A model generated the notes under the pieces. It had not been told where the DNA came from. It saw nothing but the letters and a program-made list of their open reading frames with translations, and searched no databases. This document shows, piece by piece, positions 8,998 through 18,932 of a stretch of 64,000 nucleotides of DNA. Source of the stretch: Candidatus Latescibacterota bacterium (lineage in GTDB: Bacteria > Latescibacterota > UBA2968 > GCA-2709665); NCBI GenBank assembly GCA_965205485.1, contig OZ242180.1, positions 2,816,001 through 2,880,000 of the forward strand, read 5' to 3'. Made by a program: the position numbers and the translations under genes. How positions within the stretch are numbered: the stretch's first letter is position 1; each line of letters opens with the position of its first letter.

Positions 8998-10107
8998 ATG
9001 CCGTATCAACAGATCGACCATCGGGACCTCGTCCTCAGACCTCTGTCGGAGAGACGGAGCAAGTTCTCGATCGACGAGATCATGGTCGACCCTGACGGGG
9101 CCGCGCCCGACCCCGTGCTGCTGGCGGACAGGCTGCGGCGCGTTGCCGAAGAAATCCGGGACGCCAGGAGGCGGGGCGCTTCCGTCATGCTGGCGTACGG
9201 CGCCCATCTGGTCAAGAACGGCCTGGGGCCGATCGTGACCCGCCTGATGGAGGGCGGTTGGATCACCCATCTGGCCACCAACGGCGCCGGCACGATTCAC
9301 GACTGGGAATACGCCTATCAGGGGCGATCCGAAGAAGACGTGCGGGCGAACGTCGCGAAGGGGTGTTTCGGAACGTGGGAGGAAACCGGCCGATACATCC
9401 ATCTGGCCGTTCTCGCCGGTGCGCTGGAGGGCAGGGGCTACGGCGAATCCCTCGGAAAGTTCATTGCCGACGACGGTTGTGAGATTCCTTCCCGCAACGA
9501 CCTGGCATCCGCCCTGCTCGACTGGGCCGCGGTTCCCGCGGACTCGCCCGCCATGCCCGCGTACGCCGAAATGCTCCAGGTCCTCTCGCGATTTGACATT
9601 CCTTCAGGCCGCTTCCGCGTCGAACATCCATACGGAGATTTGTCGCTTACGGCAGGGGCTTACCGACTCGGCGTGCCGCTCACCGTTCATCCGGGTATCG
9701 GCTACGACATCATCCACAACCACCACCTCGCGAACGGCGCGGCAATCGGCCGCGGCGCGGATATCGATTTTCGGGTGTTCACGCGCGGCGTGGTCAATCT
9801 GGATGGAGGCGTGTTCCTCTCAATTGGCTCGGCCGTCATGGCGCCGCAAGTCTTCGAAAAGGCCCTTTCGCTGGCCAACAATCTGCGCATTCAGGAACCC
9901 AGGCGCGTCGTACGCCCGTTCATCGCGGTGAACGATCTGACGCCGGTGACCTGGGATTGGTCCACGGGCGAACCTCCCAAAGACAACCCGGCGTACTATC
10001 TCAGGTTCTGCAAGTCGTTCAGCCGAATGGGAGGCGAGATGATTTACGTCGACGGTGACAACCGGACCTTCCTGCACAATCTCTACCGAATTCTAAAGGA
10101 GAAGTAA
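8998..10107 (+). CDS. deoxyhypusine synthase-like protein of unknown function
   Basis: GAHLVKNGL, HLATNGAGTIHDWE, VHPGIGYDIIH, SIGSAVMAPQVFEKALS. Confidence 0.65.
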   Translation: MPYQQIDHRDLVLRPLSERRSKFSIDEIMVDPDGAAPDPVLLADRLRRVAEEIRDARRRGASVMLAYGAHLVKNGLGPIVTRLMEGGWITHLATNGAGTIHDWEYAYQGRSEEDVRANVAKGCFGTWEETGRYIHLAVLAGALEGRGYGESLGKFIADDGCEIPSRNDLASALLDWAAVPADSPAMPAYAEMLQVLSRFDIPSGRFRVEHPYGDLSLTAGAYRLGVPLTVHPGIGYDIIHNHHLANGAAIGRGADIDFRVFTRGVVNLDGGVFLSIGSAVMAPQVFEKALSLANNLRIQEPRRVVRPFIAVNDLTPVTWDWSTGEPPKDNPAYYLRFCKSFSRMGGEMIYVDGDNRTFLHNLYRILKEK

Positions 10108-10201
10108 CGGACGATCGAAGGGAGTGCCGGAACTTTACAACCGTCCCGAAGGAAGGGTAAACCGGCCCGCTCCGTCTCGATGGACTCACCCGAAAGACGC
10201 T

Positions 10202-11374
10202 ATGGACGCCGCGCCCGAACCCGTTATCCTCATCCACTATCACGAAATCGGCCTGAAGGGCAGGAACCGCGGCCGGTTCGAACGGCAGCTGCTCACCAAC
10301 ATCACTCGCGCATTGAAAGGCCTGCAGCGCGGGGCCGTCCGACGCCTTTCAGGTCGCATCATCCTGGAACTTCCCCCGGACGCTCGGACGGGGGCCATCC
10401 GGGAGCGCCTGGTTGACGTATTCGGGATTGCGAATTTCTCCGAAGCCGTTCTCGTCCCCAACGCCATCGAACACATACGGGCTGCGGTGTGGGAGGTCGT
10501 TCGACAGGAGGACTTTAGCTCGTTCAAGATTGCCGCGCGTCGCGGAGACAAGAATTTCCCGCTGACATCAGAGGGAATCAACCGCGACGTGGGCGCCCAC
10601 GTACAGAAGCTCTCCGGCGCGCGGGTCAAACTGGAAGATCCGGACCTGACCTGTTTCGTCGAAGTTTCCTACGAGGGGGCCTTTGTCTATACCCAAAAAA
10701 CACCCGGGCCCGGTGGGCTTCCCGTGGGCGCGAACGAGCGTGCCGTCAGTCTCCTTTCCTCGGGCATCGACTCGCCGGTTGCTTCATACAAGACGATGAA
10801 ACGCGGCGTAAGGCTCTCGTTCGTACACTTTCACAGCCAGCCGTATACCAACCGAAGCTCACAGCGCAATACGGAGGAGCTTACCCGGGTGCTGACGCGG
10901 TACCAGTACAGGTCGACACTGTATCTGGTCCCGTTCGTCGAGATCCAGCGCCGCGTGATGACCCACGCGCCGCCGGGCTACCGAGTGGTCCTCTATCGAA
11001 GGGTCATGTTGCGGATCGCCGAAGCGATTGCCGAACGGGAAGGCGCGCAGGCCCTTGTCACGGGCGAGAGTATCGGTCAGGTCGCCTCGCAGACCCTGTC
11101 GAACATACGCGCGATCGAGGAAGCGACACCGCTTCCCATTCTGCGACCGCTTTCCGGGGACAACAAGGAGGAAATCATCGATCTTGCCCGGCGCATCGGA
11201 ACCTACGATGTCTCAATCGAGCCCTATGAAGACTGTTGTACGGTCTTTGTACCCAAACATCCGGAGACCCGCGCCAATCTGAATGCGGTACGTGAGATCG
11301 AGCCGAAGCTGGACCTGCCCCCGTTGATCGATCAGGCGCTGAAGTCAACAGAGGTGAAGACGGTAAACTACTAA
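10202..11374 (+). CDS. thiI: tRNA 4-thiouridine synthase ThiI (no rhodanese domain)
   Basis: HYHEIGLKGRNR, THUMP domain, PP-loop LSSGIDSPVA, TGESIGQVASQT, EDCC. Start may be further upstream (10124). Confidence 0.93.
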   Translation: MDAAPEPVILIHYHEIGLKGRNRGRFERQLLTNITRALKGLQRGAVRRLSGRIILELPPDARTGAIRERLVDVFGIANFSEAVLVPNAIEHIRAAVWEVVRQEDFSSFKIAARRGDKNFPLTSEGINRDVGAHVQKLSGARVKLEDPDLTCFVEVSYEGAFVYTQKTPGPGGLPVGANERAVSLLSSGIDSPVASYKTMKRGVRLSFVHFHSQPYTNRSSQRNTEELTRVLTRYQYRSTLYLVPFVEIQRRVMTHAPPGYRVVLYRRVMLRIAEAIAEREGAQALVTGESIGQVASQTLSNIRAIEEATPLPILRPLSGDNKEEIIDLARRIGTYDVSIEPYEDCCTVFVPKHPETRANLNAVREIEPKLDLPPLIDQALKSTEVKTVNY

Positions 11375-12294
11375 ACGGCCTGTGGGTCATCGTGCATTCC
11401 GTCCGCTGGTATCCCGAACCGTTCAAAGACGGCGTCGAGCAGGCGCCGGATCGCGGGTCCGAAATAGCGCCCCTGTCGCCAGGCCACGCCAATCTCACGG
11501 CCGAATCGCACGCCCAGGACGTCTACGGTCACCAGAGCTCCCGATGTCAGGGAATCCTGAACGGTCAGATGCGGCAGGAAGGAAATACCCACGCCCGCCT
11601 CGACCAGCTTCCGCATGGCCTCCGGACTCCGCATTTCCATGACCACGCCTGGTGACACGCCCGCCTCAGCGAATCGCTCGTCCACGATTTTTCGCGACAC
11701 GGAATCGGCGTGAAACAGAATCAGCGGCTCCTCCGCGACCTCTTCCAGCGCCACCGACGAACGCCGGGAAAACGGATGCGACGCCCCTGCCACCAGCGGC
11801 ATCGAGTCTCGATGGATGGAAACCGTTTCCAGTTTCGGATGGACGAACGGAAGCGAAATCACCGCGAATTCGGAACGGTTCAGCAGCAGATCGTCCACGA
11901 GATATCGAGAGGGCGCAACCTGTACCGCAAGCGCCACGTTCGGGAAATCCCGCATGTACGCTTTCAGGATGTCCGGCAACAGATAGGTAACCGCGGCATC
12001 GATCGCGCCGAACTGAAATCCTTCGCCCGGCAGAACGTCCCTTCGTCTCAGCCGGTCTTCGGTCGATTCCACCAGGTCCTGGATCTGCATTCCGTAATTC
12101 GCGAGCGTCCTGCCCTCCATTGTCAGGCCCACGTGCCGATTGCCCCGGTTGAACAGCCGCACGCCCAGCGCGCGTTCCAGGTCGGCCACGCCGCTGCTGA
12201 CGGTAGGCTGCGTCACGTGCAGTTCTCGTGCCGCGCGACTGAAACTTTCCTCGCGCGCAACCGCCAGGAAGTACTTCAGATGTTGCAGGTTCAT
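11371..12294 (-). CDS. LysR-family transcriptional regulator
   Basis: MNLQHLKYFLAVAREESFSRAARELHVTQPTVS..LE..LGVRLFNR. Confidence 0.95.
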   Translation of the reverse strand: MNLQHLKYFLAVAREESFSRAARELHVTQPTVSSGVADLERALGVRLFNRGNRHVGLTMEGRTLANYGMQIQDLVESTEDRLRRRDVLPGEGFQFGAIDAAVTYLLPDILKAYMRDFPNVALAVQVAPSRYLVDDLLLNRSEFAVISLPFVHPKLETVSIHRDSMPLVAGASHPFSRRSSVALEEVAEEPLILFHADSVSRKIVDERFAEAGVSPGVVMEMRSPEAMRKLVEAGVGISFLPHLTVQDSLTSGALVTVDVLGVRFGREIGVAWRQGRYFGPAIRRLLDAVFERFGIPADGMHDDPQAV

Positions 12295-12395
12295 ACTCGT
12301 CCCCGATTGTCAGGTTTCAGGAATGTGTCACCATTCTTTCAGACGTTTACCCCGTCCCTTTGCATGGCCAGCGCGAAGGATCGCGACATAGAATC

Positions 12396-12508
12396 TGTAG
12401 GGGCGACCGGCCGCTCGCCCCTACAACAACCAGATATCGGTTGCTTCTGATTTCACCGTGATACGCGCCAGACGATTATTTGTAGGGGCGTCCCTTGTGG
12501 GCGCCCGT
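12396..12508. repeat. two GTAG-type REP-like palindromes
   Basis: tgtaggggcgaccggccgctcgcccctaca (12396-12425) and tgtaggggcgtcccttgtgggcgccc (from 12481). Confidence 0.7.
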
Positions 12509-12540
12509 ATTATGTCACCGGTGATTTAGACGTCATATCT

Positions 12541-12555
12541 ATAGAGAAATCCTAT
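12541..12555. promoter_or_regulatory. LysR-type T-N11-A binding box
   Basis: ATAG-agaaatc-CTAT dyad in an AT-rich stretch between divergent LysR and ino1. Confidence 0.55.
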
Positions 12556-12660
12556 AAATAATATAGTAATTATTCATTTGTCAAATATATAAATATACCT
12601 ATCTTTTTCACCTGTTTTTGTCCAGGAAGGCTGAACTTTACCTCTCGAAGGAGTTTTGAA

Positions 12661-13761
12661 ATGGCCAGGAAAGTCCGCGTTGCCATCGTCGGTGTCGGCA
12701 ACTGCGCATCTTCTCTCGTTCAGGGCGTCCAATATTACAGGGATGCTCCCGCGGACAGCTTCATTCCCGGGCTGATGCATCCCGAACTGGGCGGCTATCA
12801 CATCCGCGACATCGAATTCTCGGCCGCGTTCGACATCGACTCGAACAAGGTTGGCAAAGACCTCAGCGAGGCGATCTTCACCGAACCCAACAATACCGTC
12901 GAGTTCGCGGATGTTCCTCAGCTCGACGTTCCCGTTCAGCGCGGTATGACCCATGACGGGCTGGGCCGGTATCTCAGCGAAGTCATCACGAAAGCCGACG
13001 GGAGTACCGTAGACGTTGCTGAGGTTCTCAAGGCCACCGGTACCGATGTGGTTGTCAACTATCTGCCTGTTGGCAGCGAAGAAGCCACGAAGTGGTACGT
13101 GGAGCAGGTTCTTCAGGCCGGCTGCGGTTTTGTCAACTGTGTGCCCGTCTTTATTGCGAGCGCGGGGCACTGGCCCGAGCGATTCGAAAAGCGCGGCCTG
13201 CCCATCATTGGAGACGATATCAAATCGCAGGTGGGGGCAACCATCGCCCATCGGGTACTCACACGGCTCTTCCGAGAGCGCGGCGTCAAGCTCACCCGCA
13301 CCTACCAGTTGAATTTTGGCGGGAACACCGACTTCTACAATATGCTGGAACGTTCGAGGCTGGAATCCAAAAAGATCAGCAAGACCAATGCCGTGACTTC
13401 CCAGCTTGACTACGACCTGGGAGAGGCGAACGTACACGTCGGCCCCAGCGATCATGTGCCGTGGCTGGAAGACCGGAAGTGGTGCCACATCCGGATGGAG
13501 GGTGAAACCTTTGGCGGCGTACCGCTCAACCTGGAGCTGAAGCTGGAAGTCTGGGACTCGCCCAACTCCGCGGGCGTGGTCATCGACGCTGTACGTTGCT
13601 GCAAACTGGGTCTGGAACGCGGCTTGAAAGGACCGTTGCTGGGTCCCTCCTCCTACTTTATGAAGACGCCGCCCGAGCAGTTCAGCGACGACGAGGCCCG
13701 GGAAATGGTGGAAGATTTCATTCTGCAGTACGGGCGGAAACAGCCGGATCTCACCGGATGA
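12661..13761 (+). CDS. ino1: myo-inositol-1-phosphate (inositol-3-phosphate) synthase
   Basis: [59 protein letters not shown]. Confidence 0.95.
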   Translation: MARKVRVAIVGVGNCASSLVQGVQYYRDAPADSFIPGLMHPELGGYHIRDIEFSAAFDIDSNKVGKDLSEAIFTEPNNTVEFADVPQLDVPVQRGMTHDGLGRYLSEVITKADGSTVDVAEVLKATGTDVVVNYLPVGSEEATKWYVEQVLQAGCGFVNCVPVFIASAGHWPERFEKRGLPIIGDDIKSQVGATIAHRVLTRLFRERGVKLTRTYQLNFGGNTDFYNMLERSRLESKKISKTNAVTSQLDYDLGEANVHVGPSDHVPWLEDRKWCHIRMEGETFGGVPLNLELKLEVWDSPNSAGVVIDAVRCCKLGLERGLKGPLLGPSSYFMKTPPEQFSDDEAREMVEDFILQYGRKQPDLTG

Positions 13762-13824
13762 TCGTGCGGGTACGGACGCCCGTATTGTCGTTCAGGGGTC
13801 GATCCGGAACACTGAAACTAAAAG

Positions 13825-13852
13825 AAGGCCGCCGAATTCAGGGCGGCCTTTT
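13825..13852. terminator. intrinsic terminator, probably bidirectional
   Basis: aaggccgcc-gaattcag-ggcggcctt with flanking A and T runs, between convergent genes. Confidence 0.75.
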
Positions 13853-13872
13853 CCGTATCGGTATCGTCCACG

Positions 13873-16158
13873 CTAAGAGTTATCAAGAATCACGACCGCG
13901 ACGATGTCCCCGTCGTCCTGGTCCACGGCCAGGCCCACGTGCTTCCATTCGCCGTTCAGAATGCTTCGCCTCTGGGCCGCGCTGTGCATCATATAGGTAA
14001 ATACCTCTTCAACGGACGGACCCCGCGTATAACTCTCCGCACCCCAGGCCATCCGTTCGGTCACGGGGCCGCTTGACGACAAGACATCCCATAATCTCGC
14101 CCTGGCTGCATCCATCAGCCGTGGATGAGCCTCGAGGGCCGGCAGGCCCAGACGGCTGCGCGCGGCGTGGATCAATCCCGAAAGCCGGCTTCGGGCGTCG
14201 TCCGCGCCTCGAAACGGCAGAATCGCAAGGACCATCTTCTCAAGCGGCGACGGATTCCCAACGACCAGGGACCGGTCCGCGACAACGACGGACTCGCGTG
14301 GGAGTTGCGCCAGTACCTGAAAACGATAATGTCCGGACGCCGTAAGGACGCTTTCCGGGAACACACAGGAAAACCGACCTTCCTCCGGCTCGACGGTCAA
14401 TTCAGACACATTGCCGTCCGGCAGGCGGAAAATCGCCGCCAGCAGTCCGTCGACATCGGAAGTTAAAGCGCCCGCCACGCGCAGGCGATCCCCTGGCGGC
14501 AGTCTCCCGGGTGTTTCGTCGACGTCCGCGAGATCCTCCCTTATGGTTCCCCAATACCTGTAAGCGTTCACATAGGTCTTGATCCGCGTTCCGTCCGGAA
14601 ACTCCTCAACGTGGTTGCCTTCTGCGTCGCGCTGAAACCGCCGGCCGTCCGGAAACGTTTCCAGCCGGTTGCCATGGGCGTCGGTCTGTACCTCCCGTCC
14701 GTCGGGAAACACCTCGAGGCGGACGCCGTCCGCGCCCGTCTGGGCCTCGCGCCCGTCAGGGAACACTTCGACGGTCAACCCGTCCGCGTGTCGCTCGACG
14801 CGGGTGCCGTCAGGTTTCTCAATGACAGAGGAGCCGTCCCTGAATGACGTTCGCCTGGTCCCGTCGATAAATACCTCCACCCGCTCGCCGTCCGGTCCGC
14901 GCTGCACCCTCCGCCCGTCGGCGAATTCCTCGAGTACCGTTCCGTCCTGTGTCCGGGTAAGTCTTCGCCCGTTCGGGAACACGGTGACCCGGTGACCCTC
15001 ACCGGTTACGGCGACGATTCGGCCGTCCGCATAACGGGTCTCCGTCATCCCCTCGGGAAAGGTCATCTCCACAGTTCCATTCGTGCGCCTGACGTGGAGG
15101 GTGCCGTCCTCGAATCGCGTCCTCTCGCTGCCGTCAGAAAAAATCGTCCGCCTGGTTCCGGTCTTGAAGTGCTGGACGATACGTCCGTCCGAAAAACGCT
15201 CTTCCCGGTTGCCGTCCGCAAATACGGCGGCGATGCTTCCGTCGGGATGCGTCACACGTACGTTTCCCCTCGCATCCGTCATTTCGATCCTGCCGTCGGC
15301 ATAGCGATTTTCGCGCGATCCGTCCGGCAATTCAACTTCCACCCGGCCGTCCGGGAACACCATTCGCTGTCTGCCGTCCGGAAATGTCGTCCACACCCGT
15401 CCGTCCTTGTAATTTCGTCTGCGCATGCCCGGGCCGGGCGTCGTCCTGCTCCTGGGTTTCGGCCACACGCCCGCCAGTACCCGCAGATACCCATCGGGTG
15501 GCATCTCGGCACGTACCCCGGACCGGTGGCGGAGTCTGGGAAATATGCTCTGGTGGACGCCCACGGCATCTTCCAAAATCATTTCGTTCTTTGCCGGGCT
15601 TCCCGCGGGCAAGGCCAATTCGTCGTAGACATCGGGATGCAGATGCAGGTACAGATACTGAAACCTGCCCAAGGATTCGCCTTTCTCGCTTCCGACGACC
15701 GTGCCTGTACCAATCACGGAAGCAACCATCACGCCCGAGTCGGTCCGGCCTTCGGCCAGCCACGCCTCCGGAGCCCGATATTCTCTTTCCTTCCAATGAA
15801 TGTTCAGGTTTTCTACAGGCCGTATTTTATCCATCTGCACCGCGTAAGTCCGATACGGGACGAAGATCAGGTCCCCTGCAAAGACCACGGGTGACGATAC
15901 CAGAGGCCACCACGACCGGCTCGTCTCCTCGCTGGTCACGCTGTCCCGCAATACCCGGATCAACCTCCCCTCCGGCACGACCGCTTCCGCCGTGTATCCG
16001 CCGCCGGCCTCTACGTAATCGGCCACGGTCCATTCCGGATTGTGTGGGTATGGTCCCGGGCGCGCCACTGCGCCGGACAGGGTAACCGCCGCCTCTTTCT
16101 CCGCACACGCGGACAGAAGGACGGCCAGAGCCATCCAGACCGGCGGGTTGACGTTCAT
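13873..16158 (-). CDS. lipoprotein: SLBB domain + 31 x 9-aa xxDG repeats (Tcp10_C/CPAP G-box-like) + CAP-like domain
   Basis: Lipobox LLSAC; SLBB VTLSGAVARPGPY..TVADYVEAGGG..GDLIFVP; FPDG repeats; CAP-like IHAARSRLGLPAL..MMHSAAQRRSILNGEWKHVGLAV. Confidence 0.75.
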   Translation of the reverse strand: MNVNPPVWMALAVLLSACAEKEAAVTLSGAVARPGPYPHNPEWTVADYVEAGGGYTAEAVVPEGRLIRVLRDSVTSEETSRSWWPLVSSPVVFAGDLIFVPYRTYAVQMDKIRPVENLNIHWKEREYRAPEAWLAEGRTDSGVMVASVIGTGTVVGSEKGESLGRFQYLYLHLHPDVYDELALPAGSPAKNEMILEDAVGVHQSIFPRLRHRSGVRAEMPPDGYLRVLAGVWPKPRSRTTPGPGMRRRNYKDGRVWTTFPDGRQRMVFPDGRVEVELPDGSRENRYADGRIEMTDARGNVRVTHPDGSIAAVFADGNREERFSDGRIVQHFKTGTRRTIFSDGSERTRFEDGTLHVRRTNGTVEMTFPEGMTETRYADGRIVAVTGEGHRVTVFPNGRRLTRTQDGTVLEEFADGRRVQRGPDGERVEVFIDGTRRTSFRDGSSVIEKPDGTRVERHADGLTVEVFPDGREAQTGADGVRLEVFPDGREVQTDAHGNRLETFPDGRRFQRDAEGNHVEEFPDGTRIKTYVNAYRYWGTIREDLADVDETPGRLPPGDRLRVAGALTSDVDGLLAAIFRLPDGNVSELTVEPEEGRFSCVFPESVLTASGHYRFQVLAQLPRESVVVADRSLVVGNPSPLEKMVLAILPFRGADDARSRLSGLIHAARSRLGLPALEAHPRLMDAARARLWDVLSSSGPVTERMAWGAESYTRGPSVEEVFTYMMHSAAQRRSILNGEWKHVGLAVDQDDGDIVAVVILDNS
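14575..15411 (-). repeat. in-frame 27-nt/9-aa tandem repeat array (31 units)
   Basis: YKDG RVWTT FPDG RQRMV FPDG RVEVE LPDG ... FPDG TRIKT, with Gly every ninth residue. Confidence 0.85.
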
Positions 16159-16253
16159 GGATCGCTCCGCGGCAGGCCCTGTCGACTTCCCGTTTCTCTA
16201 GTTGTCATCGGATGCTCCCGTCCTGCTCCCTTGTCCCTGGAGTGAGGACCTGC

Positions 16254-18716
16254 CTACCTGATCGTCAATCTCGTGGTTCCGGTCGTCGTCTGTTCCGACA
16301 CCTCGTCCGTTACGGTCACCCGCAGGAACTTTTCTCCCGGATCGGATGCGGCCATGTCCAGCTCCACGTATCCCTGGTCGTCTTCACGGTTCCCGATGTG
16401 GGCGTATTCGATCGAAATCGACGCCTGATCGTGTTGACGGACATTCAGGAGTTTGCCGATTCCGCTTCGAATACGGGCGCCAACCGATTCGCTCAGCGCC
16501 GACCGCATTTCGTATGACACCCGGTAACGCGTGGCTCCGAACTCATCCCGCTTCAGATTATAGACTTCGTAGTAGATGAAAACCGATTGCCCGCGCTCAT
16601 ACGTCCTCGTGGGATTGGGCACGACCTGGATGTCTCCCTTTCGGAAGCGATCGTCCTTTGCGGGCTGGATGGACGCGGCCATCTGGATGCCGCTCAGCCT
16701 CAGATATCCGCGGGCGAATGACGGCAGCACGACCTGCTGCTCGTAGACCTGGGATCTGCCCGTAGCGGTATCGATCACCTGGACGGACATCCGGTACCTG
16801 CCTGGCGGCGCCGAAACGCGGAACATCTCCGGAGCGTACGCCCTGCGGGCGGTATCCGCCGCGACGTCTGAAAACAGTTCGAATTCTCCGTCTCTGCGCA
16901 GTACACGCTCGTTCGCATCGTTGTAGAGCGCCACGCCGTTTTTCAGTCGGGCCGTTGGCTTTCCGTCGAACCCCGGGGGGAAGGACAACTCCCATAGCGG
17001 AATTCCATAGTATACTTCGAGATTCGAAGCCTCCTGCGCCCCCTTGAAGCCCGCCGAGTCGAAGAAATACGCCAGCGGTCCCGTGGCGAATGTGGGCCGA
17101 TAAAGTGTGGGCACGCGACGACCCACGTGGTCCAGTTTCAATTTGGGATTCATGCGCTGCCACGTATACAGGTGGCGGGAGTGTCCGCCCTTCCCGCTGG
17201 GCATATCGGCAAATTTGAATGACGTCTGTCCCAGCGTGCGGGTGAAGGTAATCTCCATCCCGGGCCCCACGTCCGTATAGATCCAGTATTCCCACACCTT
17301 GCCTGACACCGGATAAACGGGCCAGCCCAGAATGCTGGACGTCATCCGCAATTTACCGGAAAGATCCCCCGAGCCGTCACTCAAAGGGATCGCCCGATAT
17401 CCGCCGGTCGCGTCCCGCGTGACGCCCGCCTCCTCCATCTCGCGCAGATTCTCGCTGACGGGCCCTAAAACACTCGCTTCGCCGAGATCTCCGTCCCTTC
17501 CTCCGTAGGAAGTCGTTTCGCTGTTTCGCACCCTTAGCATGTGGGATAGCGCGTCGCCGGCATGTAGTGCGATCCGTTCCTTAATCCTGATCGCTTTCGT
17601 GTCCGTTTCGAAGCGGATGTTCTCGGAACTGCTCACGTGGGCGGGACGGCCGTAGCGGACGTAGACGTCGCCGCGCACGTCCCACGGGAACCGGTCCTTT
17701 CCGAAGTGCTCCAGCGAGTAGGCCACGCGGCGGTAGTGCTCCAGCTTTCGTTCGTTTCCGTCCGTTGCCGGGGCCGGGTCACGACTGGCCCAGTACTTCT
17801 CGGAAAGCGCCTTCCATTTTGCCGGGGGCGCCGACTCGAACTTCTCCCGCTCCTCCTCCGCCACCTTGCGCAGGTCATAGTATACGGCCTGAGTGTCGGC
17901 CCCGAGGTTTTCGAGGTACCTGTCGAAAAGGACGTCGGCGCGGTCGAACTCGCGCTGTTTCAAGTAGGCTTCGGCAAGCGCCACGAGCGACCGCTGCTGC
18001 AGGGGATTGCCGGACTCCGCAAGCGGCGTGAGAACCGTTACGGCCTCATCGGCCCTCTCCAGTACCGTCAATACCTCCCCCAGATCCAGCCGCGCTTCCG
18101 CGTGATCCGGGTTGACCTCGAGTTGTCTCTGATAAGCCGATTCAGCCCTTTCTCTCTGGACGTACTCTCCCGCTTCTCCATTCTTGTAGATGCGACCGAT
18201 ACGAAACCAGACATCCGGATGCGCCGGCGCGATTTTCGAAAGTCGCCTGTACGCCATCAACTCTTTGGTGTCGCCAATCTCCCGGAACGCCCTGGCCAGA
18301 TTATAGTACGCCTCGGCATAGGTTCGGTCCACCGAAATCGCATCCTGGAAGTATTTGATTGCCCACTGCAACCCCTTTTCCTTTTGCATGTAAACCATCC
18401 CCAGCCCATTGTGGGCGGGTCCGTATTTCCTCTTCCGACGCCGGGCATCCATAAACGCGTCTTCGGCCTTATCCAGGTCGCCACGCTTCAGATACACGTG
18501 GCCGACGCCGACCAGGGAAGGCGCATGCTTGCTGTTGATTCCCAGTGCTTCTCTGAATTTCCGGAGCGCGGCGTCCGCGTTTCCAGCCTCGAACAATCGC
18601 ATGCCCTCTCCAAAAAGCCTCTCAACCGTCGTCCGGCGGGTATCGTCGGATTCGGTGGGGCCGCTGCTTGCCGTACTCAGAAAAACTGACAATCCGAAAG
18701 CAAGAATATATCTCAT
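16254..18716 (-). CDS. secreted TPR + GWxTD-like domain protein
   Basis: Signal peptide MRYILAFGLSVFL (ATG 18716); several TPRs; YWASRDPAPATDGNERKLEHYRRVAYS..F..WDVRGDVYVRYGRP. Confidence 0.82.
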   Translation of the reverse strand: MRYILAFGLSVFLSTASSGPTESDDTRRTTVERLFGEGMRLFEAGNADAALRKFREALGINSKHAPSLVGVGHVYLKRGDLDKAEDAFMDARRRKRKYGPAHNGLGMVYMQKEKGLQWAIKYFQDAISVDRTYAEAYYNLARAFREIGDTKELMAYRRLSKIAPAHPDVWFRIGRIYKNGEAGEYVQRERAESAYQRQLEVNPDHAEARLDLGEVLTVLERADEAVTVLTPLAESGNPLQQRSLVALAEAYLKQREFDRADVLFDRYLENLGADTQAVYYDLRKVAEEEREKFESAPPAKWKALSEKYWASRDPAPATDGNERKLEHYRRVAYSLEHFGKDRFPWDVRGDVYVRYGRPAHVSSSENIRFETDTKAIRIKERIALHAGDALSHMLRVRNSETTSYGGRDGDLGEASVLGPVSENLREMEEAGVTRDATGGYRAIPLSDGSGDLSGKLRMTSSILGWPVYPVSGKVWEYWIYTDVGPGMEITFTRTLGQTSFKFADMPSGKGGHSRHLYTWQRMNPKLKLDHVGRRVPTLYRPTFATGPLAYFFDSAGFKGAQEASNLEVYYGIPLWELSFPPGFDGKPTARLKNGVALYNDANERVLRRDGEFELFSDVAADTARRAYAPEMFRVSAPPGRYRMSVQVIDTATGRSQVYEQQVVLPSFARGYLRLSGIQMAASIQPAKDDRFRKGDIQVVPNPTRTYERGQSVFIYYEVYNLKRDEFGATRYRVSYEMRSALSESVGARIRSGIGKLLNVRQHDQASISIEYAHIGNREDDQGYVELDMAASDPGEKFLRVTVTDEVSEQTTTGTTRLTIR

Positions 18717-18932
18717 CTTGCGACCCTCCGCGCGGGAACGGGTACGGCGCGCCAGCGCCGGAGTTTCCGCCAGGCATCGACCGTCGACCCCGGGCACCAA
18801 CTTACGCAATGTGGCGCCATGAGCGGGACAGTTGATCACGTACCCATGAAAGACACGATGCCGCGGGTGACGGTTCCCTGAGATATCGCCGGTCGCGTCA
18901 CGTTGTGCCAACCTCTACGGGGTCGGGCCAGC

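Noticed and set aside
14575..15411. Periodic ccgtc-rich DNA as a possible CRISPR array
   Set aside because: It has a 27-nt period, is degenerate at the DNA level and lies in frame in a protein; there is no repeat-spacer structure and no cas gene.
17396..18899. Short repeat gatatc(c)gccggtcgcgtc at ~17396 and ~18882
   Set aside because: One copy is inside a CDS and no element is delimited; probably chance in GC-rich DNA.
18717..18911. N-terminal extensions in the ORF track (also 157-222, 7247-7330, 19972-20040, 39334-39465, 60343-60450, 62911-63045)
   Set aside because: Downstream starts have better RBS or signal peptides; the extensions cover intergenic or repeat DNA.
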